Source of the DNA: a virus
Lineage: Duplodnaviria > Caudoviricetes
Direction: 5' to 3' (one strand)
Virus record (IMG/VR): IMGVR_UViG_3300025084_000012
Span: 15,125 to 79,124 of that record
Length of the DNA: 64,000 nt
Positions 8,185 to 17,685 of the stretch are shown here, piece by piece (positions within the stretch are counted from its first letter, which is position 1; each line of letters opens with the position of its first letter). The notes under the pieces were generated by a model. It had not been told where the DNA came from. It ran no database searches and was given only the letters and a program-made list of their open reading frames with translations. Position numbers and translations under genes: made by a program.

Positions 8185-9135
8185 ATGGAGAACAGCACAG
8201 AACCACAGACCTTGGAGGACATAGCAGGTCAGACTGCCTTTGTCTCCGACGCTATGGGTTGGCGGAATGGTGGTAAGTGGCCTCGTGCTGTTCTCCTCCA
8301 CGGTATGCAAGGCACTGGTAAGTCCACTGCGGCGAAGGTCATGCTCCGTGAGAAGATGGGTGACTACTTTGACCCCATGAACTACATCATTGTCAATGCC
8401 TCAGATGACAGAGGGCTTGACTACATTCGTAACCAACTCAAACAGATGAGTGCGGTCAAGGCTGTAGGCACTGACAGGAGAGGCATCATCGTAGACGAGG
8501 CTGACGGCCTCACCCCTGCTGCTCAAGATGCTCTAAGGGGCATCATGGAAGAGTATGCTGACAATGTTTTCTACATCTTTACATGCAACGAGATTAGCAA
8601 AATCAAACCTGCTATCCGAAGCAGGTGTCTTGTGTATGAGTTCAAGCCTATCAGTCCTGAAGATGGGGCTAAGAGGCTTGTTGATTTATTCAAAGGACAC
8701 TTATCCAACATGGGTGATGATACACTCAGCGCTTGGAGTAACACATTCATGCGACTCATGAAGTTCACTGGTGGTGATATGCGTATGGCTATCGCTATCA
8801 TGGCGAGTCAAGGTGACGCTCCCCTTACTTCTCTACAGAAGAGACTATCCGATGGGGGCAACCCATCACAGGCCGCACTTGCTGCTATCAGTGGTGACTA
8901 CGGCGACATGCGTAAGCAACTCTATACCATGTTTGACAGAGGGCTTTCACTTACCTTCGTCATGCGAACATTCCATGAGAACCTAACCGAGTTCTTTGAG
9001 ATGGATGAAGACAACACATGGACAGTCATGGGTGTGCTGGGAGAGATGATTCCCCACATGTATGAATGGCCTATCGGTTCATATTCCTTTGTTGATTGCC
9101 TTGTGGCACGACTACGAAAGGAGGTATTATCATGA
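8185..9135 (+). CDS. rfcS: replication factor C small subunit (clamp loader)
   Basis: Walker A GMQGTGKS, NASDDRG, Walker B IVDEAD, AQDALR and SRC motif. Confidence 0.93.
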   Translation: MENSTEPQTLEDIAGQTAFVSDAMGWRNGGKWPRAVLLHGMQGTGKSTAAKVMLREKMGDYFDPMNYIIVNASDDRGLDYIRNQLKQMSAVKAVGTDRRGIIVDEADGLTPAAQDALRGIMEEYADNVFYIFTCNEISKIKPAIRSRCLVYEFKPISPEDGAKRLVDLFKGHLSNMGDDTLSAWSNTFMRLMKFTGGDMRMAIAIMASQGDAPLTSLQKRLSDGGNPSQAALAAISGDYGDMRKQLYTMFDRGLSLTFVMRTFHENLTEFFEMDEDNTWTVMGVLGEMIPHMYEWPIGSYSFVDCLVARLRKEVLS

Positions 9136-10472
9136 CAGACGAATATGAAGATAACGGACAAAATGAAGACGACCACACTGTAGCGGTAAGCAGTAGCCTA
9201 CCCGAAGGTGTGCTGGAGCGACTGGAGCAATATGCTACTCGTACCAAACAAGACATCCAAAAGGTAGTCACTGACTTCCTTGCACAAATTAACAAGGAGC
9301 ATGGGTGTACTGACCCAAGCCAAGAAGATGAGGACTTACTCATTGACTGGGCTGAACAGATGTTCATTGAGACACGGAACATTGGTAGTGGCGGAGCACC
9401 TATGGCTGGCTCTGTTCCATTCGTTGGATGCTTTGTCGGTGTCGATGACAAGCGACGTGACCGTCGAAGCAACCTCGTTGCTCGTGCCAAACGTGACTTC
9501 ACACTTGACCCCAACTCCGCTATCGGTAGTGGAATGGTAGGACATTACCACAAGACAGACGGCCTATGGTCACTATCTACAAACAAAGGCTCTTCTCTTA
9601 CAGAGATGCCTGTAGATGAAATCCCTGATAACTCTTTCATCGCTGACGGTGAGCGCATTTGTTTGCTCGCTAAGAGTGGCCGACCAAAAGCCATGTCGAT
9701 GAATGGTCGTAACTACCACTTCTTAGGCGCTTCTGAAGATGAGTTCACCAACGATGGTGCTATTCAACTATGGCGTTTGGACATGCAAGGCGAGGACGCT
9801 GACGCTGAGATTCTCATTGGTGAACCATGTCGTATCATGGCACGACCACCGAGCGAGAAAGCCGCTGAAGGATTCAAGGATGTCTTGTCTACCAGCATGG
9901 GAATATCCAAGAGTATCGAATACACTGATGCTTTTGTTAATGATGGTATGAAGGGCTTACTCAAGCCGTTCAAGTTTTGGACTGATAACGACCTCCACCC
10001 TCACTACGTCCCACTCGATGAGTTGGTTGATGCCTTTGAGTCAGGTAGCCGTACCTTCACAATCAATGGTGAACAAGGTCGCAGTGGCCCAATAGTCTTC
10101 ACTAAGGGAACAGTGAACCGTATGTCCACTGAGCCTCGTGACAATCAGTACGATGAAGACGGACGAGGTTATTCACTCACACTTACTTCTACTGCTCTTC
10201 AAAGCCAACATGGTAGCACAGATGCTGCTGATGTTATGTGCTGGGTCGGTAGTGCTTGTAACGACTTGGTTAATCCATTCGTTGCACGAACAGATGACGA
10301 GACTATTCCCTACGCAGAACGCTCTACAGTGTTGGTGTGTGGTCGTATTGCGGTCAAGCGTAAAGACGGTAAGGACATCCCAAGCCTCAAGGTGATGGGT
10401 GTCTTTGCTGATGCTCGACGTATTCGACAACGACAGACTGGTGGAGATACAGGCAAGGGTCAATTTAACTGA
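9132..10472 (+). CDS. RPA-like OB-fold ssDNA-binding protein
   Basis: C-terminal OB-like pattern (TKGTV...LTLT...VMCWVG...VLVCGRI...LKVMGV) and replication-operon context. ATG 9132 follows GAGGT. Confidence 0.6.
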   Translation: MTDEYEDNGQNEDDHTVAVSSSLPEGVLERLEQYATRTKQDIQKVVTDFLAQINKEHGCTDPSQEDEDLLIDWAEQMFIETRNIGSGGAPMAGSVPFVGCFVGVDDKRRDRRSNLVARAKRDFTLDPNSAIGSGMVGHYHKTDGLWSLSTNKGSSLTEMPVDEIPDNSFIADGERICLLAKSGRPKAMSMNGRNYHFLGASEDEFTNDGAIQLWRLDMQGEDADAEILIGEPCRIMARPPSEKAAEGFKDVLSTSMGISKSIEYTDAFVNDGMKGLLKPFKFWTDNDLHPHYVPLDELVDAFESGSRTFTINGEQGRSGPIVFTKGTVNRMSTEPRDNQYDEDGRGYSLTLTSTALQSQHGSTDAADVMCWVGSACNDLVNPFVARTDDETIPYAERSTVLVCGRIAVKRKDGKDIPSLKVMGVFADARRIRQRQTGGDTGKGQFN

Positions 10473-10483
10473 GGTGATTTACA

Positions 10484-11485
10484 ATGGCGGGATTTGGAAA
10501 AACAAAAGAAGCACAAACTGAAGCAAAGGCAGAGAAGGTGCTGGAGGAAACTCCAGCGGTTAAGCGTAAAGACGATGACCCCTTTGCTGCTCTACGCAAC
10601 GAACTACAGATGATGGACAATGCTCCACAGACACACTTGTTCATGGGTATTGCGGGACATGACAACACTGGTAAGACGGCTATCGTTACTGATGCGTTTA
10701 CTAAGTGGCTGGCTATGCCTGAACGAACAGAGCAAGAGAAGGAAATGCAACTATGGATTATGGACTTTGAAGGTGGCGGGGCTGCTAACAAGTCAGCGTT
10801 CCATAGAGACAATGACAACATTAAGATTTTTGAACCGTGGGTGATGATGAAAGGTGATAGCACTGCTTACAACTATCCTGACACTCATCTACGTGTAATG
10901 AGCATAACTCAATTCGCTAATGACATCGCTCAGAAGCAACGTCATCCTGATTATGATGGCCCTCGTCTATGGGGATTCCATGTCACTGGTGTTGATTTGT
11001 GGGACAGCGTATGTGTAAACTGTATGCGTATCGTAGACTTGAACATCGCTAAGGATGGTATCGAGGCCGCTGACTGGAACAAGAAGGTCGGTCACCAATG
11101 GGACTGGGCTATCCGTAAGACTCGTTTCCACCAACTCACTGGGTTGTGTCGTGGACTTGTCAAGGCTGGTGTCCGAGTCTTTTGGGAGACTCACTTACGA
11201 TTAACTAACTACTCGTGGGGTAACAATGAAGACAGCGCTTCTACATGGCGACCTGATTGGGAAAAGGCAAGCAACAACTTCGTCTATCAGATTCTCATAT
11301 GTGAGCGCAAAGACATTCTCGATGATGAGACTGGTGATGTGGTCAAGTCCGAATACACTGTTCGGTTCGACAAGAGCAAAACCAATGCACGACTACAAGG
11401 ACAGAAGAGGACTACTCTCGTTACAGAGGCAGGTAAAGAGCCACAATGGTATGGCCTACCTGAACTCTATGACGGAACACTTTGA
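10484..11485 (+). CDS. RecA-superfamily P-loop ATPase (Sak4/AAA_24-like)
   Basis: Walker A GHDNTGKT, then WIMDFEGG; located next to the SSB gene. Confidence 0.65.
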   Translation: MAGFGKTKEAQTEAKAEKVLEETPAVKRKDDDPFAALRNELQMMDNAPQTHLFMGIAGHDNTGKTAIVTDAFTKWLAMPERTEQEKEMQLWIMDFEGGGAANKSAFHRDNDNIKIFEPWVMMKGDSTAYNYPDTHLRVMSITQFANDIAQKQRHPDYDGPRLWGFHVTGVDLWDSVCVNCMRIVDLNIAKDGIEAADWNKKVGHQWDWAIRKTRFHQLTGLCRGLVKAGVRVFWETHLRLTNYSWGNNEDSASTWRPDWEKASNNFVYQILICERKDILDDETGDVVKSEYTVRFDKSKTNARLQGQKRTTLVTEAGKEPQWYGLPELYDGTL

Positions 11486-11486
11486 T

Positions 11487-11604
11487 TCAACATGGGGGTT
11501 TGGGGAATAAAAAACGGGACACTTAACTCCTCTCAGGAGCCGAAACCTGAGTGGCCTAAGCGGGGTACTTCTTTCTTCACCTCGCCCCGTTTCCCCCACC
11601 TTGA
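11487..11604. other. GC-rich nested inverted-repeat element (candidate structured RNA, terminator or origin)
   Basis: CTCAGG/CCTGAG, CTTA/TAAG, AAACGGG/CCCGTTT, TGGGGG/CCCCCA and TCAA/TTGA nest into one long hairpin. Confidence 0.55.
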
Positions 11605-11613
11605 GGTGATACT

Positions 11614-12369
11614 ATGACAAAAGTAAACATGAACAGAAAACAGTTGTTGGACTTCCTATCGGAGTTCGGTAAAAACACAGAAGACTTACGTATCAAGTTC
11701 GATGATAAACACATGACAGCATCTGTTGCTTTCATCTCGTACTACTTATCGAAGACGAGAGAAGTAGTAGGAGTTGTGGGAGAAAGTGGTAACCTCGACA
11801 TCACTGAACTGGTCAAGGTTCGACAGTTTCTCAAAGCAGCGAAGGATGATGTGGTGAACATCTCACAGACAGGTTCAGCAAAGACACTGAACATTACATG
11901 TGGGTCATCTAAGATTACTATGCCTACGTCTTCCACAATCATTAGTGCGGCTAAGGCTACACTCTTTGAGAAGTTGATTGAAGAAGCCGAGACAAGTAAG
12001 TGGACAAAGTTCCACTCGTGTGACCTGAACGTATCAGGAACCATCACACTGGATGAGTTGTCTACTGTATCGAAGATGAGAGGTATTCTCAACAGCAGTC
12101 CTATCTTCAAGGTTACAGCCAATGCGAGTGAAAATGAGTTTCTCATATCTTCGGGCAAGAGGCATGAAACCAAGTTGTTCACTACACTTGAGTTGCGTGA
12201 TTCCACTGGTCCAGTTACTGGGAGCGTGAGTTCTACATTCGGTTCATGGCTGATGGATAACATAGCCCTTCTCGGTAAGGGTGAGGCTACCATACACATG
12301 GGTGAAACGACTATCATCGCTCTTGAAAAAGACGAAGACCTACTTGTTATCGTAGACCAAAGAGCGTGA
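11614..12369 (+). CDS. pcn: PCNA-like sliding clamp
   Basis: 251 aa with two similar halves of alternating beta/alpha pattern; lies between RFC and PolB; GAGGTGA RBS. Confidence 0.7.
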   Translation: MTKVNMNRKQLLDFLSEFGKNTEDLRIKFDDKHMTASVAFISYYLSKTREVVGVVGESGNLDITELVKVRQFLKAAKDDVVNISQTGSAKTLNITCGSSKITMPTSSTIISAAKATLFEKLIEEAETSKWTKFHSCDLNVSGTITLDELSTVSKMRGILNSSPIFKVTANASENEFLISSGKRHETKLFTTLELRDSTGPVTGSVSSTFGSWLMDNIALLGKGEATIHMGETTIIALEKDEDLLVIVDQRA

Positions 12370-12373
12370 TTGA

Positions 12374-14782
12374 ATGATTATCGACTGGTACTACCCTGCT
12401 GACTCCGACAACTTCGGACAGCCTAATCTCTACTTACGGACTCGTGACAAGGATGGTGTACTGCATGAAGAGCACATATGGCCTGAAGACAAGAAGTACG
12501 TAAAACCACATTGTTGGATTCCACTAAACACACCTGAGTGGAAACTTAATCGTATGCTCGCTCGATACCCCAGTGCTCGGATTCATCGGAACATTCGTGC
12601 TGCTGGTATTGACAAGAAGACATTGATGAAAGTTGAGGTAGACAGACCTACTGACTTGTGGGACATCAAAGACGAGATGCCTACTTATGAAGCAGACTTG
12701 AATTACCTTGACCAAGTGCTACTGAAACTCTATCCTGAGAAGTTACCTGAGTTCAAGCCACGAGTGTGGTATTTTGATTTGGAGTGGGATGTCAAGGATG
12801 ACTTCACATCCGTCATGGCTATCGTGGACAGTGACCTTGAGAAGCCTGTTGTATTTGCATGGGCTGATGAAGAAAAAACCAATTGTCCTTATCCAATACA
12901 CATCGAAAGCGCAAGATACAGAACAGTGCGTGATGAAGATTACATACTACAAATCCACCCCTCCGAAGCGGAGATGCATGAAGCCTTCATTGATTTCTTA
13001 CACAAGCGTGACCCTGACATTCTCGTAGCCCATGCTCTGATGTGGGCTGACTTACCGCACCTGATGCGTAGACTGAAAGACCCTGACCAACTTTCACCAC
13101 TCGGTCAAGTGATTCGACCATTCAAGGGTAGAGATGGTTACAAGGACACTCAACAACCCATCAAGGGTAGACTGTGCTGGGACTCAGCGGCTCACTGGAA
13201 GAGTGGGAGTGGCTTTGAATCGCTATGGCAAAAGTCAGGACGTGGACAACTACCTAACCGTAAGTTGAATACTATAGCGGAGTTGCTTGAACTCGGTAGT
13301 AAACTGACAGAAGAGATTGAGGGTATGACTGTTCACAATGGTTGGTATGAATACTGGAGTGAGTTCGTAGATTATTGTCTTCTCGATACCACGTTACTGC
13401 GTGACATTGACAAGAAACTCAACGCCATTGATTTCTTCGTTGCTACTCAGCAATTGTGTGGTGTCTCGTGGGCGAGCACACACAAAGTCACTCGATACTT
13501 TAGAGGGCTTGTTGGTAGAAGGACGGATAAGAAAGCCAAGAGTGCTATCAACAATCGACGTGAACAACTCACTGCCGCCCACATTCCTGACCCTATAGCG
13601 GGTCGCCATGAGGGTGTAGCCATTGTGGACTACGCTTCTCTCTATCCTAACATCATTCTCTCCGACAATCTATCCTACGAGACAAAGCGTGAGCAACCTA
13701 CAGAGACTACCAAGACGCTGGGCGATGGCTCACACTGGTGTCAGAAGAAGAAAGGTCTACTCCCTGCTATCGTAGAAGAGATGCTTGAATTGCGTGCTGA
13801 ATACAAGAGACTCATGCATGAGGCTACAGACCCTGATGAGAAACTCGGTTACGACATGATGCAAACAGCGGCGAAGGTTCTCGTTAATGCACTCTACGGT
13901 ATGACTGGGATGAAGTTCCTTCAAGGTATGTGGGTAGACAACGACATAGCAGCCGCTATTACCCACAGAGGGCGTGAGTGTATTCACCATCTACTGGCTG
14001 AGAGTGAGGAGCAAGGTTACAAATCACTCTATGGTCACACGGATTCGGCTTTTATCCAAGTACCCTTTGACGAAGCAATATCACTCGCTGAGCACTTGAC
14101 TGAGACTGCTAAGAACAAACTTGAGTTACCAACAATGGAAGTTGAACTTGAGGCTTACTTCGATTACTGGACTACTGCTCCAGTGAAGAACCGCTACTTT
14201 GGTATCAAGACGTGGCCTGAGAAAAGCAAGGGTGAGATGAAGATTGCTGGTTATGAAATCAAAGCCTCCAGTTCTTCACGTATAACTAAGCGCATTCAAA
14301 AGGTGGCTATGGAAATGATAGGCACTGGTGCTGATGAAACAGCCGTCACAGATGTACTGAGAGAGATAAGTCTCCAAGTCAAGAACGGTGAGATACCGAT
14401 TGAGGACGTGGCTTGCTCGTCTCGATTGACGATGGACTTTAGGGATTACAAGAGCCTACCCGCACCTGCAAAGGCCGCTATGTACTACAACGAACACGTT
14501 GCCACTAACGCCGAAGAGCGATGGAGTAAAGGCGACAGTGTATCATGGATTTATGTCAAGGGTTTCAATGATGATGTCCCTGACTACTACACACTCAAAG
14601 GAGAGCGAGCGAAGGTAAACTTTGTTGCTTTCCGTGATAAAGCAGAGTTGAAGAACTATTCTATAGACTGGGACAAAGTGCTCAGTGTTATGGTTAAATC
14701 TAAACTCATGCGAATCTATGAGAGCCTTGACTGGGCGCTTGATGCTGCTTCGGGAGTGACAATGCCAAAGTCATATTTTTGA
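12374..14782 (+). CDS. polB: family B DNA polymerase with 3'-5' exonuclease domain
   Basis: ExoI YFDLE, ExoIII YCLLD, motif A DYASLYP, motif B Q...K...NALYG, motif C YGHTDS, KNRY. Confidence 0.97.
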   Translation: MIIDWYYPADSDNFGQPNLYLRTRDKDGVLHEEHIWPEDKKYVKPHCWIPLNTPEWKLNRMLARYPSARIHRNIRAAGIDKKTLMKVEVDRPTDLWDIKDEMPTYEADLNYLDQVLLKLYPEKLPEFKPRVWYFDLEWDVKDDFTSVMAIVDSDLEKPVVFAWADEEKTNCPYPIHIESARYRTVRDEDYILQIHPSEAEMHEAFIDFLHKRDPDILVAHALMWADLPHLMRRLKDPDQLSPLGQVIRPFKGRDGYKDTQQPIKGRLCWDSAAHWKSGSGFESLWQKSGRGQLPNRKLNTIAELLELGSKLTEEIEGMTVHNGWYEYWSEFVDYCLLDTTLLRDIDKKLNAIDFFVATQQLCGVSWASTHKVTRYFRGLVGRRTDKKAKSAINNRREQLTAAHIPDPIAGRHEGVAIVDYASLYPNIILSDNLSYETKREQPTETTKTLGDGSHWCQKKKGLLPAIVEEMLELRAEYKRLMHEATDPDEKLGYDMMQTAAKVLVNALYGMTGMKFLQGMWVDNDIAAAITHRGRECIHHLLAESEEQGYKSLYGHTDSAFIQVPFDEAISLAEHLTETAKNKLELPTMEVELEAYFDYWTTAPVKNRYFGIKTWPEKSKGEMKIAGYEIKASSSSRITKRIQKVAMEMIGTGADETAVTDVLREISLQVKNGEIPIEDVACSSRLTMDFRDYKSLPAPAKAAMYYNEHVATNAEERWSKGDSVSWIYVKGFNDDVPDYYTLKGERAKVNFVAFRDKAELKNYSIDWDKVLSVMVKSKLMRIYESLDWALDAASGVTMPKSYF

Positions 14783-14791
14783 GGTGACAAA

Positions 14792-14935
14792 ATGAAAAAG
14801 ACAAGACAAACAACACTGGACGAATACGGACTGACAACTGATGGGCGAAGACAAACCAAACTCACTGAGTTTGGAATGACGTTTGAAGTTGATATAAAAA
14901 GGAACAGTAAAGATGAGGTTGGTGAAGAAGAGTGA
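14792..14935 (+). CDS. 47-aa tandem PIP-box microprotein (not in ORF track)
   Basis: MKKTRQTTLDEYGLTTDGRRQTKLTEFGMTF...; own GAGGTGA RBS; stop overlaps the next GTG. Confidence 0.75.
   Translation: MKKTRQTTLDEYGLTTDGRRQTKLTEFGMTFEVDIKRNSKDEVGEEE
14886..14909 (+). promoter_or_regulatory. conserved viral promoter motif, copy 4
   Basis: AAGTTGATATAAAAAGGAACAGTA, 1 mismatch, inside the microprotein ORF. Confidence 0.8.
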
Positions 14936-15297
14936 CAGAAGAAGAGACTTTCAAAATTAAGTGTGCTAAGATTGCAGGTAAGATTGTGAACCTACTTGCT
15001 GAGAAGAATGCTCAGTATGGTGACAGTGCCTTTGACCCTATCCGCTTCTTCAGCGACCTTCCTCCTGATGCTGGCTTAAGAGTTAGGATTGATGACAAAC
15101 TCAGTAGACTCATGCGTGGAAACGATACAATCGAGTCTGACGTTGATGTGATTGAAGACCTGATTGGTTACTTCATCCTCTTACGCCTGACGATGGATGA
15201 TGAGGAAACAGTTGAGGCATACAAGGACTCAGAACTTAACAAGTTGAAGCCACGTTATCGTTTTCCTCTGCCTAACAAATTTGGTAAGGAGTGGTGA
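14932..15297 (+). CDS. Nmad1/DUF1599-like nucleotide-modification-associated protein
   Basis: KNAQYGDS...RIDDKLSRL...EDLIGY pattern. Confidence 0.7.
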   Translation: MTEEETFKIKCAKIAGKIVNLLAEKNAQYGDSAFDPIRFFSDLPPDAGLRVRIDDKLSRLMRGNDTIESDVDVIEDLIGYFILLRLTMDDEETVEAYKDSELNKLKPRYRFPLPNKFGKEW

Positions 15298-16259
15298 GAA
15301 TGCGCTGGAATCCTAACGAGGAAGAAGATGTTCCTTACAAATATCCTGAGATGCTTGAGTCATACGATAAGAGTCTATACAACTGGCAACCAGAGATGAG
15401 TGACAAGATACTTCGTATATCGAAGTCGTCACTCGGTACATTCGATTTTTGTCCTAAGCAGTATTACTTTGAGAAGATACTGGGGATGAGAGGTGAAGAG
15501 GTAGACCACCATATTCGTGGTTCTAACGTCCACGACGCAGTAGAATGGTTTTGGAAAGCATCGACTGAGAGCCTACCAGCGGTGAACGAACTCATCGCTG
15601 AAGGTAATATCAACGTAGCAAAGAAGGAGTTGCGTAAGTCATTACCCAAGCCTCCTACGCCCTACGTTTTTGGTGAAGAGCCACAACTCAACCTGTATGT
15701 AGACTGGCAATTTGAGCGCTTACTGCATATGCAACATAATCCAAAAGACTGGTTCCCTATCGCTAATGAAGCAGAAGTTCACTCAAAGCGAATCGTAGTA
15801 GCCAGTGACGGAACAGAAGTACCGATTCACATGAAGGGTTACATTGACCGTATCTTCATTGATGAAGACCATACTGGAAGTGTTCTGATGGAGTTGAAGA
15901 CTGGTAAGTGGGTTCCTCGTAAGCGTTCTCAGATGCGTGCAGAGATGCAGTTCTATCGTATGATGTTGGAACACAGTCCTCATATCGAATACCTACCAGT
16001 TGTTGGCTGGGGTTGGCAGTTTCCCGGTGGGGGCATCAACGGAGGCGACGGCCCTCTATGGGATTACGAGAGCGTAAAAGGCCCGGGTGGTCGATACGCT
16101 CCTAAGACAGTAGAGAAGAGACTTGTACGATTAGTTGATGCACACTTGAACGACGATTTCCCTGCTGAGGCTCACGAGGCTAAATGTGCTTGGTGTGACT
16201 TCATGGAAATGTGTCCAGCGTGGATGGGTGATTTAGCGATTGACCCTGAAGATATGTGA
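15291..16259 (+). CDS. solo Cas4-like PD-(D/E)xK nuclease with Fe-S cysteines
   Basis: S.SSL..F..CPKQY, G..VH, GYIDRI...ELKTG and C-terminal CAWCDFMEMC. The start may be ATG 15300. Confidence 0.85.
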   Translation: MVRMRWNPNEEEDVPYKYPEMLESYDKSLYNWQPEMSDKILRISKSSLGTFDFCPKQYYFEKILGMRGEEVDHHIRGSNVHDAVEWFWKASTESLPAVNELIAEGNINVAKKELRKSLPKPPTPYVFGEEPQLNLYVDWQFERLLHMQHNPKDWFPIANEAEVHSKRIVVASDGTEVPIHMKGYIDRIFIDEDHTGSVLMELKTGKWVPRKRSQMRAEMQFYRMMLEHSPHIEYLPVVGWGWQFPGGGINGGDGPLWDYESVKGPGGRYAPKTVEKRLVRLVDAHLNDDFPAEAHEAKCAWCDFMEMCPAWMGDLAIDPEDM

Positions 16260-16268
16260 GATGATAAT

Positions 16269-16568
16269 ATGGATAGAGAAGGACTGTTCGTTGCTTGTAG
16301 ACTCTTAGAGGCTGCACTGGGTAAGATATGGCCTTCCTACAATTTTAGAGTTGAGTCATCCCTTCTCTCAAAACGAATTAAAGTTCACACCACATCAAGG
16401 ATATTAATTGAGAATTATCATGAGGATATAGGTGACGTGGCAAGTTTACTCTTTGAAGTCATCATACATCCATCAAGGCTGAAGTTAGAGCACATCAACG
16501 ACACCTTAGACGATGTTATCACTAAAGTGTTAGAACGAGTCACACTCATAGAAAACGTAGAGGACTGA
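16269..16568 (+). CDS. hypothetical protein
   Basis: 99-aa ORF in the operon. Confidence 0.65.
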   Translation: MDREGLFVACRLLEAALGKIWPSYNFRVESSLLSKRIKVHTTSRILIENYHEDIGDVASLLFEVIIHPSRLKLEHINDTLDDVITKVLERVTLIENVED

Positions 16569-16572
16569 TACA

Positions 16573-17685
16573 ATGGGATTCATTTCGCTGGACTTCCCTC
16601 GTGAAGTGCTTGAGATAGCATCGAACGGGAAGCAGGGTGGTCGTTATTGTGTTAAGGACTGGGAAGAGTTAGAGCGATACTGGAAAGGCAAGAATGGTAG
16701 CGGTAACGTCTACTTCACAGCATACGGCTATCGTGCGACCAAGCCACCAAGAAACCACAGAGTAGACTACGACACACCTATCATCCGTCACTTCGTCATG
16801 GACTTCGATTGTAAGGACTTCAAGCAGAGAGGAGCAGATGTAGATTTTCCATTCATGCACGAACAGGTTAAAAGGCTACATCGTTTTTTGCTAAGCGAAG
16901 ACATTCGACACTTTGTATGGTTTAGTGGTGGTGGGTTCCACGTTTGGATTCCTCTACAAAACATACACACTCCTTCAGATGGTTACAGTGTAGCACGAGT
17001 CAAAGAGGGTGGTAGAAAACTGATTAGTCAGTGGCACAAGAAACTCTCTCTTTCTTGTAACGACCCTACTGTTGCTTTCGATACGTCAGGTATGATTCGC
17101 ATTCCGAACTCATACAACAGCAGAAGAGGATGTTGGAGTATACCAATGGACAGCGACTCGATACTCAACTTGACTTACGATGAGATTATGGAGAGAGCAC
17201 AAACACCAGTTAGTGGTTACATCGAGATTGGTAAAAAAGATATTAACATTACAGTGACAGACCGTAAAAGTCCATTCAAGAAAACGGTGGAGAAAGTAGA
17301 AGGTTTACCTGACATCACATTAGGTTCTACGATTGTCTTACCTTGTCTTGCTCAAGCCGCATTAGGTGAGGGTAACCCTACTCACAAAGCAAGATTCCAT
17401 CTTGTCACATACCTCGCAGCGAGGTTTCGCTGGTTCTACCCAGTGGCCGCTGTGAATGATGAAGACAAGGCTGAGCATGTAGAATTGATATGCCGTATCA
17501 TAGAGGAACAAGGATGGGTTGATTACAACCCTCGTATTACTCGTGAGCAGGTAGAGAACATCGTTTTCGGCGGTGCTGGTAACAGCGGTTACTCAGCCGC
17601 ATCGTGCGCTACACTTGAATACGATGGACTATGCAGCGGAAGATGTCGCTACTTCGACGGTAGCATAGGTGAACAACATGGGTAA
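16573..17685 (+). CDS. priS: archaeo-eukaryotic primase, PriS fused to PriL Fe-S domain
   Basis: DFD catalytic motif, FSGGGFHVW, RIPNSYN; C-terminal LPC...H..R..L...SC......C..C. Confidence 0.88.
   Translation: MGFISLDFPREVLEIASNGKQGGRYCVKDWEELERYWKGKNGSGNVYFTAYGYRATKPPRNHRVDYDTPIIRHFVMDFDCKDFKQRGADVDFPFMHEQVKRLHRFLLSEDIRHFVWFSGGGFHVWIPLQNIHTPSDGYSVARVKEGGRKLISQWHKKLSLSCNDPTVAFDTSGMIRIPNSYNSRRGCWSIPMDSDSILNLTYDEIMERAQTPVSGYIEIGKKDINITVTDRKSPFKKTVEKVEGLPDITLGSTIVLPCLAQAALGEGNPTHKARFHLVTYLAARFRWFYPVAAVNDEDKAEHVELICRIIEEQGWVDYNPRITREQVENIVFGGAGNSGYSAASCATLEYDGLCSGRCRYFDGSIGEQHG

Noticed and set aside
11487-11604. Hammerhead or HDV-like ribozyme, tRNA, SRP RNA, or G-quadruplex
   Set aside because: There is no CUGANGA core, the P2/J4-2 pairing does not fit, and there is no cloverleaf. 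The fourth G-tract is more than 40 nt from the other three.
15291-16259. CRISPR-Cas locus suggested by the Cas4-like gene
   Set aside because: No repeat-spacer array or other cas genes were seen. The 24-nt motif copies are kilobases apart and precede genes.
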